The notes: generated by a model from the letters alone, not told the origin. Positions 19,716 through 30,299 are shown, counted from the first letter of the stretch. The stretch is 64,000 nucleotides of DNA from an uncultured delta proteobacterium (GCA_963760795.1 CAVXEP010000005.1:98609-162608), one strand, 5' to 3'. Translations and numbers: made by a program.

Positions 19716-20801
19716 ATGAAACGAAAACACGTATTGCAGATTTCCTGTCTCGGGTTGTTTCTCGCTATTTACACGCCGGTGCGCGCCGCGGAGAAAGCGC
19801 CTTTTTATCAGGGCAAGACGCTCACCGTCATCATCAACTTCGCCGCCGGCGGCCCCACCGATATCGAAGGGCGGGTCATCGCCAAACATTTAGCGAAGCA
19901 TATTCCAGGCAACCCCGCGGTAACCATCCAGGCCATGGGCGGGGGCGGCGGCGTGACCGCGGTGAATTTTCTCGGCGAAGTGGCGAAACCGGATGGTCTT
20001 ACCGCCGGCTATCTCACCGGCACGCTGTTTCATCATCAGTTGAAAGAGCCGGGCCTGCGCGTCGACTTCGCCAAGTTCGGCTTTATCTCCGGCGTCCAGG
20101 GCGTGACGGTTTCTTATATTCGCGCCGATCTGCCGCCGGGCATTAAGAAGGCCGCGGACTTCGTCAAGGCCGACCGTTTCAGAGCGGCGGGGTTGGGCTT
20201 AGCGAGTTCCAAGGACGTGCGCTTTCGGTTGTCCTTCGATCTGCTTGGGCTGAAATACGACTACGTGACGGGTTACAATTCGTCTTCAACCGCCCGCCTG
20301 GCGGTGCAACGCGGCGAAGCGCACTACCACGACGAGACGCTGCCGAGCTACCGCGCTGCCGTCGAACCGCAGATGGTGCAAACCGGCATGGTCACAGCGC
20401 TCTATTACACCGATCTGGTCTCCTTCGACGGCGAGATCTTGGTCAGTCCCGATGTCCCGGAGCTGCTCCCTTTCACCCATTATTACCGGCAAGTTTTTGG
20501 CAAGTTGCCGAGCGGCATCAAGTACGACGCATTGAAAGCGGCGAACATGTCAAGCACCAACATGACCCGCACCATCATGCTGCCGCCCAACTCGCCGCCG
20601 GAAGCGGTGACGACGCTGCGGCAAGCCGTGACTGCGCTGTCCAAGGACGCCGACTTCATCGCCGAGTCGCAGAAAGTCATGCGCTTTTATCCGCGCTTCG
20701 AGATCGGCGAACAGGGAGAGAAAACTTTTCAACGGGCCGCCCAAGTACCGCCGGAGCTATTGAGCTTCCTGCGCCAGTATATGGAGCAGGGGAGTAAGTA
20801 A
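19716..20801 (+). CDS. Bug/TctC family substrate-binding protein (tandem paralog)
   Basis: Shares long identical blocks with the upstream gene (SSKDVRFRLSFDLLGLKYDYVTGYN). Confidence 0.88.
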   Translation: MKRKHVLQISCLGLFLAIYTPVRAAEKAPFYQGKTLTVIINFAAGGPTDIEGRVIAKHLAKHIPGNPAVTIQAMGGGGGVTAVNFLGEVAKPDGLTAGYLTGTLFHHQLKEPGLRVDFAKFGFISGVQGVTVSYIRADLPPGIKKAADFVKADRFRAAGLGLASSKDVRFRLSFDLLGLKYDYVTGYNSSSTARLAVQRGEAHYHDETLPSYRAAVEPQMVQTGMVTALYYTDLVSFDGEILVSPDVPELLPFTHYYRQVFGKLPSGIKYDALKAANMSSTNMTRTIMLPPNSPPEAVTTLRQAVTALSKDADFIAESQKVMRFYPRFEIGEQGEKTFQRAAQVPPELLSFLRQYMEQGSK

Positions 20802-21008
20802 GCGGGCATCATAGTTCAAATATGATGGGACGCTCCTGACAAACAGCTGGAGCGCCCCGTACATCTCTGCAATTTTTAGACTGGAAACCAACAAAACCTA
20901 GTCGTCCTTTTTCCTTCTCTGACTCTGACCGCGCATTTCGCCGGGACCGAACACGGTAGAATGCGCGTTGGCAAAGGTATCACCGGCACGAAGTGCAGCA
21001 CAAAGTCC

Positions 21009-21105
21009 TTCGAAGTCGGCGAGCGTTTGTTCAAAGTGGCCTCGCAGACATCGCCCGGAGACCGTCGCTTTGTTGCGCAAGTATATCGAGGAGGCGAATA
21101 AGTAA
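21009..21105 (+). pseudogene. 3' remnant of a third Bug paralog
   Basis: FEVG..ERLFKVASQTSP / ETVALLRKYIEEANK* matches the end of 18541-19635 (FEVGAAGERLFKQASQVSPEVVNFLRTYIDEANR*). Confidence 0.75.
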
Positions 21106-21156
21106 CGGCGCGAGCTTGCGCGAAGTCGATCGTCAACAACTGTTGAGGCGGCGAAT

Positions 21157-21198
21157 AAAACCCCAGCAGGCGCGATCGTTACGCGCCTGTTGGGGTTT
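21157..21198. terminator. Rho-independent terminator
   Basis: AAAACCCCAGCAGGCGCG-atcgtta-CGCGCCTGTTGGGGTTT, downstream of the minus-strand MBL gene. Confidence 0.75.
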
Positions 21199-21221
21199 GA
21201 CCGTAACTGGTGTGGGGTTTG

Positions 21222-22307
21222 TCATGAACAATCCCCTCGGCCATCACAGGAAATCGGCACGCCGCTCAGCGGCACAACTAACCGGCTGCTCGATTGACCT
21301 TTAAGCTGCGAGTTAAAGCGCTCAAGCTTTGTGCCGGCGTTCACCTTACCCTTGGTCGTGGATATCTGATTGAAATGTTCAGCGATCACGCTGCGAGGCT
21401 TAATCAATTCTTTGACCGCAAAGGCCGCCTCGTCAGGACCCATTGTGAATAGATCGCCGCCGTGAACCACGGCGAGATTAACTCCGTAGAATTTAGCTTG
21501 CGTGGCCCAGTCGCCAATCAAGCCGGAATCCCCAGTCCACAGAACCGAGAGACCGTTGGTAAAACGAAGGATATAACCCGTCTCATGTCCGGCATAACCT
21601 GTCAGTCCCTCAGGCACCCCGGGGTCGGTTCCGTCGGGCAGAGGGTCAACATGTATTCTAGCCACCCCGCCAGCATGAAAGGCCGGTATCGTGGTGATTT
21701 TGACTCCTTGACTGGCTCCCGACATAACCGCCGTCCGGGTTCCGCCGCGAATGACACCGACACAAGGGGAAGTGCGGGGCACTGTAAAAGTGTTATCCAG
21801 GCCCGTTGCCGGGCATCCCACCGGCGCAACAGTCCCGGCGAGGGTTACCATGTTATTGAGCTTTTTCGTGAAGTAGTCCGGCAATTCTCCGCCCACCAGG
21901 ACCGCCGAGTTGAGCCGTGCGGCGATTTCGGGAGCGTTTCCCTCGGTGGGAAATTCAAAAGGCTTTTGTAGCGCTGCGGTAGCGCCGCAGTCTGTGTCAA
22001 ACACATTACCAATATGATCGGTGTGCGGGTGATCGATCAGCAGCACGTGCACGCCACCGCTGAGCCGTGGATCAGCCGAGCCCCTGACATTAACGGCGCC
22101 GCCCATGTCGAGTCCCACGGTGCGCCCGGGCGCGATGAGTACGCGCACACCGGTCGGATCTTCGAAGAGCAACGCCCGGTCGCCGGCGCAAAATTCGCCC
22201 GCTTGCGCGCCGAGCGGTGTAATCGTAACGTTCTGCGCGTGGACCGCCGGCAAACCCAGGCTGGCACAGATACAAATAATTAGACTGACAAACCATTTTA
22301 CGTACAT
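21222..22307 (-). CDS. Secreted metallo-beta-lactamase-fold hydrolase
   Basis: Signal peptide; HPHTDH, AFH, WTGDSG, MGPDEAAFAV and EH motifs; GGAGG RBS before ATG 22307. Confidence 0.85.
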   Translation of the reverse strand: MYVKWFVSLIICICASLGLPAVHAQNVTITPLGAQAGEFCAGDRALLFEDPTGVRVLIAPGRTVGLDMGGAVNVRGSADPRLSGGVHVLLIDHPHTDHIGNVFDTDCGATAALQKPFEFPTEGNAPEIAARLNSAVLVGGELPDYFTKKLNNMVTLAGTVAPVGCPATGLDNTFTVPRTSPCVGVIRGGTRTAVMSGASQGVKITTIPAFHAGGVARIHVDPLPDGTDPGVPEGLTGYAGHETGYILRFTNGLSVLWTGDSGLIGDWATQAKFYGVNLAVVHGGDLFTMGPDEAAFAVKELIKPRSVIAEHFNQISTTKGKVNAGTKLERFNSQLKGQSSSRLVVPLSGVPISCDGRGDCS

Positions 22308-22551
22308 GGACCTGTCCTCCTTTAACCTAGGTAAAATTGACCTCCTCTCCTCTACCACGTGAAACGGATATCTCTAATAGCCAAATTAGGCTCGGTCGAC
22401 AACCTCCACCAACGCCAATGGCCCGGAGACTCAGCTGGCTCCGGGCCGGTGCCACGGTTACGCGCGGGATCAAAGTCGCTTTGAAAATATAAGCCGTAGT
22501 CAAGAATGTTCTCCCGCAGAAATTTCTCCCGCAGTATATGGAGCCTGCAAC

Positions 22552-22588
22552 AAAAAAGCTCTCCGATTTTGTCATCGGAGAGCTTTTT
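22552..22588. terminator. Bidirectional rho-independent terminator
   Basis: AAAAAAGCTCTCCGAT-tttgtc-ATCGGAGAGCTTTTT. Confidence 0.85.
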
Positions 22589-22637
22589 GGGTTTTGCTTA
22601 AGATTGATTGCGTTATGCTCTAGTCGCGACGTTCGCT

Positions 22638-23232
22638 TCATTCAACCTGTCCGCGGATTTCACCGGGTGTGTGTAGCGTCGAGTGAACGTTGGCATAGGC
22701 GGCGCCACCACGAATTGCGCGAAGGATCTCATCAAACTCTCCTGCTGCGATCCCTTGAGCGGTTTGGGCAAGCACCTGAGCGGCTACGATCGTCCCCTTG
22801 ACGGTGCCCTCGACTAGGGCAGATGGGTGTAGCGGCCACCTCCGGCGGACTCGTCGGGGCCGGAGTACCAGTGGTCTGGCAAAGCCAAATCACAATGCCG
22901 CCAACGGTGTGGCGCTGGCCGAAGTGGATGTGGGCTTGCGTCACTGTTCCCTCTAGGCCTTCATAGCTGAGCTCGTAATCGATTACGTCCTCGCCCTTGC
23001 GGAGATTGGCCTTGAACGATCCCTTAGCCTTAGTTGAAATCGCACCGCGAAGCGCCGGCGGCACAATTGGCGTCACCGTCGTGTTCCCAGCGACAAAGTG
23101 AACCTCGTTGAAACCAGAAAGCTCAGTGGAGAACTTGTGATCCTTATTATTCCCCTTGTCGTCCGAATACCCATTCCCAACGACAAGGAATAACATCGCG
23201 ATAGCACAAACCGCGCTAAAAACGATCTTCAT
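22638..23232 (-). pseudogene. Secreted CHRD-domain protein with one frameshift (~22817)
   Basis: LSGFNEV and TQAHIHFG motifs. The shifted frame continues EGTVKGTI...AYANVHS..TPGEIRGQVE* to 22638. Confidence 0.85.
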
Positions 23233-23467
23233 AAAACTCCTCCTTCAAAATCCGGTCGATGCTCACCTCACCTGCTCCTCAATCCGGTCAGAGCAATAAC
23301 AACTACGAAAACTTCCCACAAGCCCCATTCGGGTAAGCTGATGATCGCCCCCTTTAAGGAAGAAGGATGGCCGGCGCATTGACTCACTTCGATGCACCAT
23401 GTTATCCGGGCGGAAGAGATACGCGTCGCCAGCCGCACTGGCCAGCAAAGGTAGGGAGATCACCGTC

Positions 23468-24517
23468 ATGTTGCATGCGATATCCGGTCTAGTAGTCTTT
23501 TCAGTTCTTTTCGCCAACCAACTCTTCGCCCAGCCGCGCAAGCCCGCCACCGTGTCGGAAATCTCCACCTACATGGGCGCGGACCGCGAGCAGCTGCTCT
23601 ATGCCGGCGCCAAGAGCGAAGGCGTGATCACCTGGTACACCTCGCTGGCGGGCGACTCGTACAAGGCGCTGGCGCGGGCCTTCGAAACCAAATATCCGGG
23701 CGTGCGCGTCGAAGCGTTTCGCGCCGGCGGCAGCGAACTGGTCACGCGCATGTCGGAGGAAACCAAGGCGCGGCGGCCGACCATGGATGCGCTCGAAACC
23801 ACCTACGATTTCACCATGGTGTCGAAGGCCTACGGCCTCACCCGGCCGTACAATTCGCCGCTGCTCGCCGCCTACCCAAGCGACGCCAAGGAGAAGGCCG
23901 ATGCCGGTCTAACCTTCTGGACGATCTTTCGCGAATCGTACATGGGCTTCGGTTTTAGCAAGGATCAGGTGCCGGCCGATGCCGTGCCCAAAGGTTTCGA
24001 CGGCCTGCTCCATCCGCAGTTGAAAGGGAAATTGGGCATCACGCTCAATGAAAGTTCGGCGCGCATGATCGGCGCCATGATTAAAATCAAGGGCGAAGCC
24101 TTCGTCAAAAAACTCAAAGCGCAGCAGATCCGCATTTACACCGTCAGCAGCGCCGCGCTGGTGGACCTGATGGCGTCCGGCGAGCTCGGCGCGTCGTTTC
24201 ATATTTACAGAAATCACGCCATGGTCTCGGCCGAGCGCGGCTCGCCGGCAAGCTGGGTGCCGATGGAACTGGTGCCGACCAACTCTGGCTGCGTCAGCCT
24301 CAGCGCCCAGCCGCCGCACCCGCACGCCGCGACGCTGTTTGTCGACTTTCTGCTCGGCGCCGAAGCGCGCAAGGTGTTGGAGAAGTTTCAATACGGCCAT
24401 CCGTCCAACAACCTGCCGTTCAAACGCTGGCATCCCGGCTTCGGCCGCTCCCTCGAACAATTCGAGAAAGACAGCGAGAAGTGGGAAAAGCTCGCCAAGG
24501 AAATCACCCAACGGTGA
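23468..24517 (+). CDS. ABC substrate-binding protein (AfuA-like), array member 1
   Basis: REQLLYAGAKSEG, WYTSLAG and PPHPHAA; signal peptide. Confidence 0.88.
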   Translation: MLHAISGLVVFSVLFANQLFAQPRKPATVSEISTYMGADREQLLYAGAKSEGVITWYTSLAGDSYKALARAFETKYPGVRVEAFRAGGSELVTRMSEETKARRPTMDALETTYDFTMVSKAYGLTRPYNSPLLAAYPSDAKEKADAGLTFWTIFRESYMGFGFSKDQVPADAVPKGFDGLLHPQLKGKLGITLNESSARMIGAMIKIKGEAFVKKLKAQQIRIYTVSSAALVDLMASGELGASFHIYRNHAMVSAERGSPASWVPMELVPTNSGCVSLSAQPPHPHAATLFVDFLLGAEARKVLEKFQYGHPSNNLPFKRWHPGFGRSLEQFEKDSEKWEKLAKEITQR

Positions 24518-24539
24518 CGCAGCAGAGGAGACTCCCGCG

Positions 24540-25595
24540 ATGCACGTTCTAGTATTGGTCCTATCCTTCCTATCCATCGGATCGGTCCTACGCCCCGCTG
24601 ATCTCCACGCCCAAGCGCGCAAGCCGACGACGATCGCCGAGCTGGCCGCCTACAGTGGCAAAGACCGCGAGCAACTGCTCTACGCCGGTGCCAAGAGCGA
24701 AGGCAAACTGACCTGGTACACGTCCCTTGCCGGCGACTCCTACAAAGCCATCGCGCGCGCCTTCGAGGTCAAATACCCCGCCGTGCGGCTGGAGGTCTAT
24801 CGCGCCGGCGGCACCGATTTCATCATGCGCATGATCGAAGAAGTCAAAGCGCGCCGGCCGGCTTGCGACGCATTGGAGACCTCTGAGGATTCGTTACTGT
24901 TGGCGCGCGCGAATAATTTACTCCAGCCTTACTTCTCGCCGCATTTGAGCAAGTATCCCGACGACGCCATGGAAAAAGCGGGCAAGGGCTGGAGTCATTG
25001 GACCACCATCCGCGAATCTTACCTGGGCTTCGGCTACAACAAGACGCAGATTCCGGCCCAAGCGGTGCCGAAAAATTTCGACGGCTTGCTACATCCCGAG
25101 CTCAAGGGCAAATTGAGCATCACCCTGAACGAGTCGGCGACGCGCGCCATCGGCGCCATGATCAAAGTGAAAGACGAAGCGTTCGTCAGAAAACTCAAAG
25201 CCCAGGAGATCAAAGCCTATACCGTCAGCAGCGCCGCCATGGCCGACTTGATCGCCTCGGGCGAAATCGCGGGATCGTTTCAAATCTTTCGCAATCACGC
25301 TCTGGTCTCGGCCGAACGGGGTTCAGCAGTGGGCTGGGTGCCGATGGAGCTGGTGCCGACCAACGCCGGCTCGGTGGCGCTGGCCGCCCATGCGCTCCAT
25401 CCGCACGGCGCTCTTTTGCTGGTCGACTTTCTGCTCGCCGACGCGCCGAAGATTCTCGATAAGTTTAACTACGGCCATCCGGCAACAGACTACGGCTTCA
25501 AAAGATGGTACCAAGATCAGGGGCGATCCTTGGAAGACTACGAGAAGGACAGCATAAAGTGGGGTAAACTCGCCAGAGAAATCAGCCAACGCTAA
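24540..25595 (+). CDS. ABC substrate-binding protein (AfuA-like), array member 2
   Basis: Close paralog of member 1; GAGGAG RBS. Confidence 0.88.
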   Translation: MHVLVLVLSFLSIGSVLRPADLHAQARKPTTIAELAAYSGKDREQLLYAGAKSEGKLTWYTSLAGDSYKAIARAFEVKYPAVRLEVYRAGGTDFIMRMIEEVKARRPACDALETSEDSLLLARANNLLQPYFSPHLSKYPDDAMEKAGKGWSHWTTIRESYLGFGYNKTQIPAQAVPKNFDGLLHPELKGKLSITLNESATRAIGAMIKVKDEAFVRKLKAQEIKAYTVSSAAMADLIASGEIAGSFQIFRNHALVSAERGSAVGWVPMELVPTNAGSVALAAHALHPHGALLLVDFLLADAPKILDKFNYGHPATDYGFKRWYQDQGRSLEDYEKDSIKWGKLAREISQR

Positions 25596-25617
25596 CACAC
25601 CAAAGGAAACTATCGCG

Positions 25618-26671
25618 ATGCATTTTCTAATATTCGTCCTAACGCTCGGATCCGTCCTGTTCCCCAACGACCTGCTCGCCCAACGTAAGCCGCAGACCAT
25701 CTCCGAACTCGTCACCTACAACGGCAAAGACCGCGAAGCTATGCTCTACGCCGGCGCCAAGAGCGAAGGCAAAGTCACCTGGTACACGTCGCTTTCCGGC
25801 GACTCGTATAAGGGCATGGCCAAGGCCTTTGAAGCCAAGTATCCCGGCGTCAAGCTCGATGCCTACCGCGTTTCGGGCTCCGACATGACCGTGCGCATGA
25901 TGGAGGAGTCGAAGGCCAAGCGTTACATCGTCGATGCCGTCGAGACCACCGAAGGCAACTTGATGTTCATGCGCGATGCTTTTCTCTTGCGTCCCTATCA
26001 CTCACCGCACTTCGCCAGCTATCCGGAGGACGCCAAGGAAAAAGGCGAGCGCGGATTATATTTCTGGGGCATCGCGCGGGAGTCTTATATCGGTTTTGCC
26101 TACAACAAGAAGCTCCTGTCGAAAAACGCCGTGCCGAAAAACTATGAAGGGCTGCTCCATCCAGAGCTCAAAGGCCGCATGGGCGTGTCGGTCAGCGATC
26201 CCGCCTACAAAGTCATCGGCGCCATGCTGCGCACCAAGGGCCAAGAGTTCGTCAAGAAATTGAAGGTGCAAGAAATCGCCCTGCACACGATCATTCCGCC
26301 GGCGCTGTTGGAATTGATCGCGTCAGGTGAAGTGCTGGCGTCGCCCGGCATCTTTCGCAACCACACGTTGAACGCGATCAGCAAAGGCGCGCCGGTGGAA
26401 TGGGTGCCCATGGACATCGTGCCGACCAATGTCGGCGGCGCCGCCATCGCCGTGCAACCGCCGCACCCGCACGGCGCTTTGCTGCTGGCCGATTATCTTC
26501 TCGGCAGCGAAGGCCAAGCGGTCTTGGAGAAATATGAATATGGCAGCGCGGCGAAGAAACTCGGTTTCAACAAATGGCGCCCCGACCATGGCATCACTAC
26601 CGACAAGTACGAAAAGGAGCTGGAGCGCTGGGAAAAGCTGCTGAAAGAGATCAGCCGCCGGGGCGTCGTAA
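25618..26671 (+). CDS. ABC substrate-binding protein (AfuA-like), array member 3; 3' end probably frameshifted
   Basis: Homology ends at EISRR (~26660). The ORF reads on to 27237 over the next gene. Removing one G in the run at ~26660 gives a TAA stop at 26669-26671. Confidence 0.75.
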
Positions 26672-26734
26672 AAGTGAGTTCGGCTTGTCAGCGGAGCCGG
26701 CGCACGATAAGAGTTTTGCAGGAGAGCCACAACG

Positions 26735-27799
26735 ATGCCCGTCTTATTATTCGTCCTATCAGTCCTAGCGCTCGGATCGGTGCTATTCCCCGGCGAACTC
26801 GGCGCGCAGTCGCGCAAACCGCAGACCGCTTCCGAGCTGGTCACCTACAACGGCAAAGACCGCGAAGCGGTGCTTTACACCGGCGCGAAGACCGAAGGGA
26901 AAGCGACCTGGTACACGTCCCTCGCCGGCGACTCCTACAAGGCCATGATCAAGGCCTTCGAGACAAAATATGCCGGCGTCAAAATCGAAGCCTACCGCGC
27001 CAACGGCGGCGAGATCACCAACCGTATGTTCGAGGAAGCCAAGGCGAGAAAGTCCATCGTCGACACTATCGAAACCACCGAATCAAACTTAATGTTCCAG
27101 CGCGAGGCGTTTTTGCTACGGCCTTATCACTCTCCCTATTTTGCCTCCTATCCCGAGGACGCCAAGGTCAAAGGCGAACGCGGCCTCTACTTCTGGGGTA
27201 CGGCGCGGGAGTCCTACATCGGCTTCGGCTACAATAGAAATCTTTTGCCCAAAGAGGCCGTGCCGAAAAACTACGACGGCCTGCTCCATCCCGCGCTCAA
27301 AGGCAGAATGGGCCTCACCCTCGACGATACCAGCAACAAGTCCATCGCCGGCATGCTGAAAACCCGCGGGCCTGAATTTCTGAAAAAACTCAAAGGCCAG
27401 GATATCCCTCTGCACACGATCATCCCGCCAGCTTTGCTCGATCTCATCGCCTCGGGAGAACTGATCGCCGGCGCAGCGATCTTTCGTAACCATGTCATCG
27501 TCGCCCAGCAAAAAGGCGCGCCGGTGGAATGGGTCGCCATGGATGTGGTGCCGACCAACGTCGGCGGCGTCGCCATCGCCGCGCAACCGCCCCATCCCCA
27601 CGCCGCGTTGCTGCTCGCCGACTACCTGCTCGGCCCCGAAGGCCAAGGCATCCTAGAGAAATATCACTACGGCAACGGCGCAAAAAACTACGGCTTCAAA
27701 AAATGGCGCCCCGAACGCGACCTGCCGCTGGATAAATACGAGAAAGAACTCGAACGGTGGGACAAGCTACTGAAGGAAACCGGCCGCAAAGGCGCGTGA
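26735..27799 (+). CDS. ABC substrate-binding protein (AfuA-like), array member 4
   Basis: Close paralog of member 3; GGAG RBS. Confidence 0.88.
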   Translation: MPVLLFVLSVLALGSVLFPGELGAQSRKPQTASELVTYNGKDREAVLYTGAKTEGKATWYTSLAGDSYKAMIKAFETKYAGVKIEAYRANGGEITNRMFEEAKARKSIVDTIETTESNLMFQREAFLLRPYHSPYFASYPEDAKVKGERGLYFWGTARESYIGFGYNRNLLPKEAVPKNYDGLLHPALKGRMGLTLDDTSNKSIAGMLKTRGPEFLKKLKGQDIPLHTIIPPALLDLIASGELIAGAAIFRNHVIVAQQKGAPVEWVAMDVVPTNVGGVAIAAQPPHPHAALLLADYLLGPEGQGILEKYHYGNGAKNYGFKKWRPERDLPLDKYEKELERWDKLLKETGRKGA

Positions 27800-27839
27800 A
27801 TGGTGCCGCAACCGATAACCAAATAGGAAAAAAGAATTA

Positions 27840-27948
27840 GCCGCAAAGAACGCAAGGTTCGCAAAAAGTATTCGGATTTTGTCGGGGCGCGGTCTCACCC
27901 GTCCTCACAAACCCAATTCTTTTTTGCGCCCTTTGCGTTCTATGCGGC
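27840..27948. repeat. 9-bp-periodic inverted repeat (CGCAAAGAA-type) with a nested REP-like hairpin
   Basis: GCCGCAAAGAACGCAAGGTTCGCAAAA...TTTTGCGCCCTTTGCGTTCTATGCGGC between convergent genes; inner hairpin 27880-27909. Confidence 0.75.
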
Positions 27949-27958
27949 CATTCCCCTC

Positions 27959-28966
27959 CTACTTCCCCTCATAAAGCTTTTTGATAAAGCCGCTCTTTTC
28001 CAACTCGGCGACGAAGCTGGTATCGACGAACTCTTCGGGTTTGTGCGTGCGGATCTCCGGGCGGCGAAACGCCGCGATCTCATAGATCGCATCGAGATTT
28101 TTGGTGATCGGATAGGGCACGGAAATAAAGTCTTCCCGGAACATGTTGTAGGAACCTTCAAGATATTCCGCATCGGTGGTGCGCATGTATTTGGTCAGCA
28201 CTCGTTTGCTGAATTCCTTATTCTGCTTGAGATAGGCGATGCCTTCGACAAACGACCGCACGAAGCGCATCACCGTGTCGCGCTCTTCGCGAATGGTCTT
28301 GCGCCGCGTCACCACCGATGCGGTCGGATAGACAATTTCTTTGCGCGCATCGAGCAAGGGGCGAAAGCCTTTGCGCTCCGCCTCAACGTCGGCGGGGTAA
28401 GTCATGTCCGCCGCATCCACCGTGCCGGCCATCAATGCCTGCAACCGCTCCGCGGTATTGCCGACCGCTAGCCAGATGATCTCGCGCGTCGTGTCTATGC
28501 CGTATTTGCGCAGCACGTAGCCGAACAACAGATCGCCGGCGGAACCCAAGCTCGATATGCCGATCCGTTTCCCCTTGAGATCTTCGACCTTGCGAATCTC
28601 CGGCCGCACCATGAGACGGCTCGCCTGCACGCCGATGCCGTGGGCAACGTTGACCAGATCAGCGCCGGTCAAGTCCGCCAACATAACCTGCGGCAGCGCG
28701 ACGGACGCCGCGAACAGACTACCCGAGAGCATGGCCTGCGAAGTCCGCCCCGAACCATTGAGCAAAACCGCCTCGACATCCAACCCGTTCTTCTCAAAAA
28801 TCTTCGCCTCCTTGGCGATCCAAGGGATCCACAAGGTCGGCGACAACGTCGACACGCCCCAATAGATTTTTTTCAGCGGCTTGTCCTGCGCCGCGCCTTG
28901 CGTTGCGAATATGGTCAGCACCAGAATCAACACTAGCAACCCACGTCGCCTAACGATTTTGGTCAT
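27959..28966 (-). CDS. ABC substrate-binding protein (NitT/TauT/SsuA class)
   Basis: WIAKEAKIFEKNGLDVE, DLKGKRIGISSLGS and ELEKSGFIKKLY. Confidence 0.88.
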   Translation of the reverse strand: MTKIVRRRGLLVLILVLTIFATQGAAQDKPLKKIYWGVSTLSPTLWIPWIAKEAKIFEKNGLDVEAVLLNGSGRTSQAMLSGSLFAASVALPQVMLADLTGADLVNVAHGIGVQASRLMVRPEIRKVEDLKGKRIGISSLGSAGDLLFGYVLRKYGIDTTREIIWLAVGNTAERLQALMAGTVDAADMTYPADVEAERKGFRPLLDARKEIVYPTASVVTRRKTIREERDTVMRFVRSFVEGIAYLKQNKEFSKRVLTKYMRTTDAEYLEGSYNMFREDFISVPYPITKNLDAIYEIAAFRRPEIRTHKPEEFVDTSFVAELEKSGFIKKLYEGK

Positions 28967-29042
28967 GGCAATCTCCCCAGTGTAATCTAACTGTTCGCTG
29001 AACTATTCGCCGCGCGAATTGATCCTTTAATAGCAACCTCAA

Positions 29043-29113
29043 AAGGGCAGGTTTCAAACCCGCCCCTTGTACAACTCCAATTCTATTTTGCGTCCTTTGC
29101 GTTCTTTGCGGCC
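29043..29113. repeat. REP-like palindrome plus half of a CGCAAAG periodic repeat
   Basis: GGGCAGGTTTCAAACCCGCCC followed by TTTTGCGTCCTTTGCGTTCTTTGCGGCC. Confidence 0.7.
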
Positions 29114-29171
29114 ATTCTCATTTCGGGTGCGGCTTCGCCGCGCTGGACCTTCGTGTCTAATCGGCCAATCT

Positions 29172-30299
29172 CTATTTAGCCGTCTTGCCGAAAATCTCAT
29201 TGAACAACTTGTCCGCCGGGCGGCGGTCGGCGAAGTTATCGTCGTCGGCATCGAAGTAGTCAACGCCCTCTCGGCGTTGAACTTCTTCCGGCAGATCGTT
29301 CTTGGCAATATCGGTTCGCAGCGAATTGGACGCGGTGCGCGTGCGCCCCTTGCGGCCTTTTTGCACCACGGTTTGTCCTTCCCGCGACAAGAGCCAATTG
29401 ACGAATACTTTCGCCGCATTGGGATGGGGCGCATTTTGCAGCAACGTCAGCGTCCCACCGGATGAACTCAGGGTGCCGCCTTCTTTGAGCCGAAGAACTT
29501 GCCCCACCGGCAGACCTTGATCCATCGCCTTGTCCATTTCATCCGAAACACAGGGAATGCACAGGGAGTAACGTCCAGATGCCAGCCAATCCACCGGCTG
29601 CCGATAGTCGCGCGAGATCGCCACCTCCATGTCTCCGTAAAGTTTGCGAATGAACTCGGGCCCAAGTTTGGCATGGTAGTAGAAAAACAGCACCGGGTTG
29701 TCCATGCCGCGGGAACGCGGGTCGGTGGCGGCGATTTTGCCTTTCCACTTAGGCTGGGTCAGATCCCAATAGGAAGTAAACTCCTTCGGATTGACCGAGG
29801 TAGAATTGTAGTTGATCTCGACACCGCCGGCATTGCCGATGTAAGCGAAAATATATTTATTCTCCGGATCGACGTATTTATGTTCGCGGCGCCACCACTT
29901 GGTTTCATCCAAGACATCCGGCAGCAGCAAAAGCGGCCGGATTGGATCTAAGAGTTTGCCGACGTAAAGTGTGCCCAACGCGGTCCCTTTGCCACCGGCG
30001 AAGAGATCGACCAGATATTTGCCGGCACGCCGCTCGGCGACGATGCGCGGACCGAGATCGTTGCCGCGGCCGCGCAATTGGTTAACCTTAATCTTCGGAT
30101 AGGCGCGCTCGAAGGCAAGCACGGTTTCTTCGGTGAGCGGCCCGGCTTCGAATATGTAAATCGATACCGTGCCCTCCTTCTCAGCTGCCGCCACGGTCTT
30201 GTCCCATTCGACCCGCCACGCCGGCTTAGCATCCGCAGCAAAGCTGCTGCCGCTGATGGAGAGGGTAAGGAGAAGTGTTAATAATGCCTTTGTCATCAT
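29172..30299 (-). CDS. ABC substrate-binding protein (AfuA-like)
   Basis: AAEKEG, PKWKGKI and APHPNAAKVFVNWLLSREGQ. Confidence 0.88.
   Translation of the reverse strand: MMTKALLTLLLTLSISGSSFAADAKPAWRVEWDKTVAAAEKEGTVSIYIFEAGPLTEETVLAFERAYPKIKVNQLRGRGNDLGPRIVAERRAGKYLVDLFAGGKGTALGTLYVGKLLDPIRPLLLLPDVLDETKWWRREHKYVDPENKYIFAYIGNAGGVEINYNSTSVNPKEFTSYWDLTQPKWKGKIAATDPRSRGMDNPVLFFYYHAKLGPEFIRKLYGDMEVAISRDYRQPVDWLASGRYSLCIPCVSDEMDKAMDQGLPVGQVLRLKEGGTLSSSGGTLTLLQNAPHPNAAKVFVNWLLSREGQTVVQKGRKGRTRTASNSLRTDIAKNDLPEEVQRREGVDYFDADDDNFADRRPADKLFNEIFGKTAK

Noticed and set aside
25618-27237. 539-aa ORF suggesting an extended or fused binding protein
   Set aside because: Homology ends near 26660. The tail is an out-of-frame overlap with the genuine gene 26735-27799, best explained by a one-base indel.
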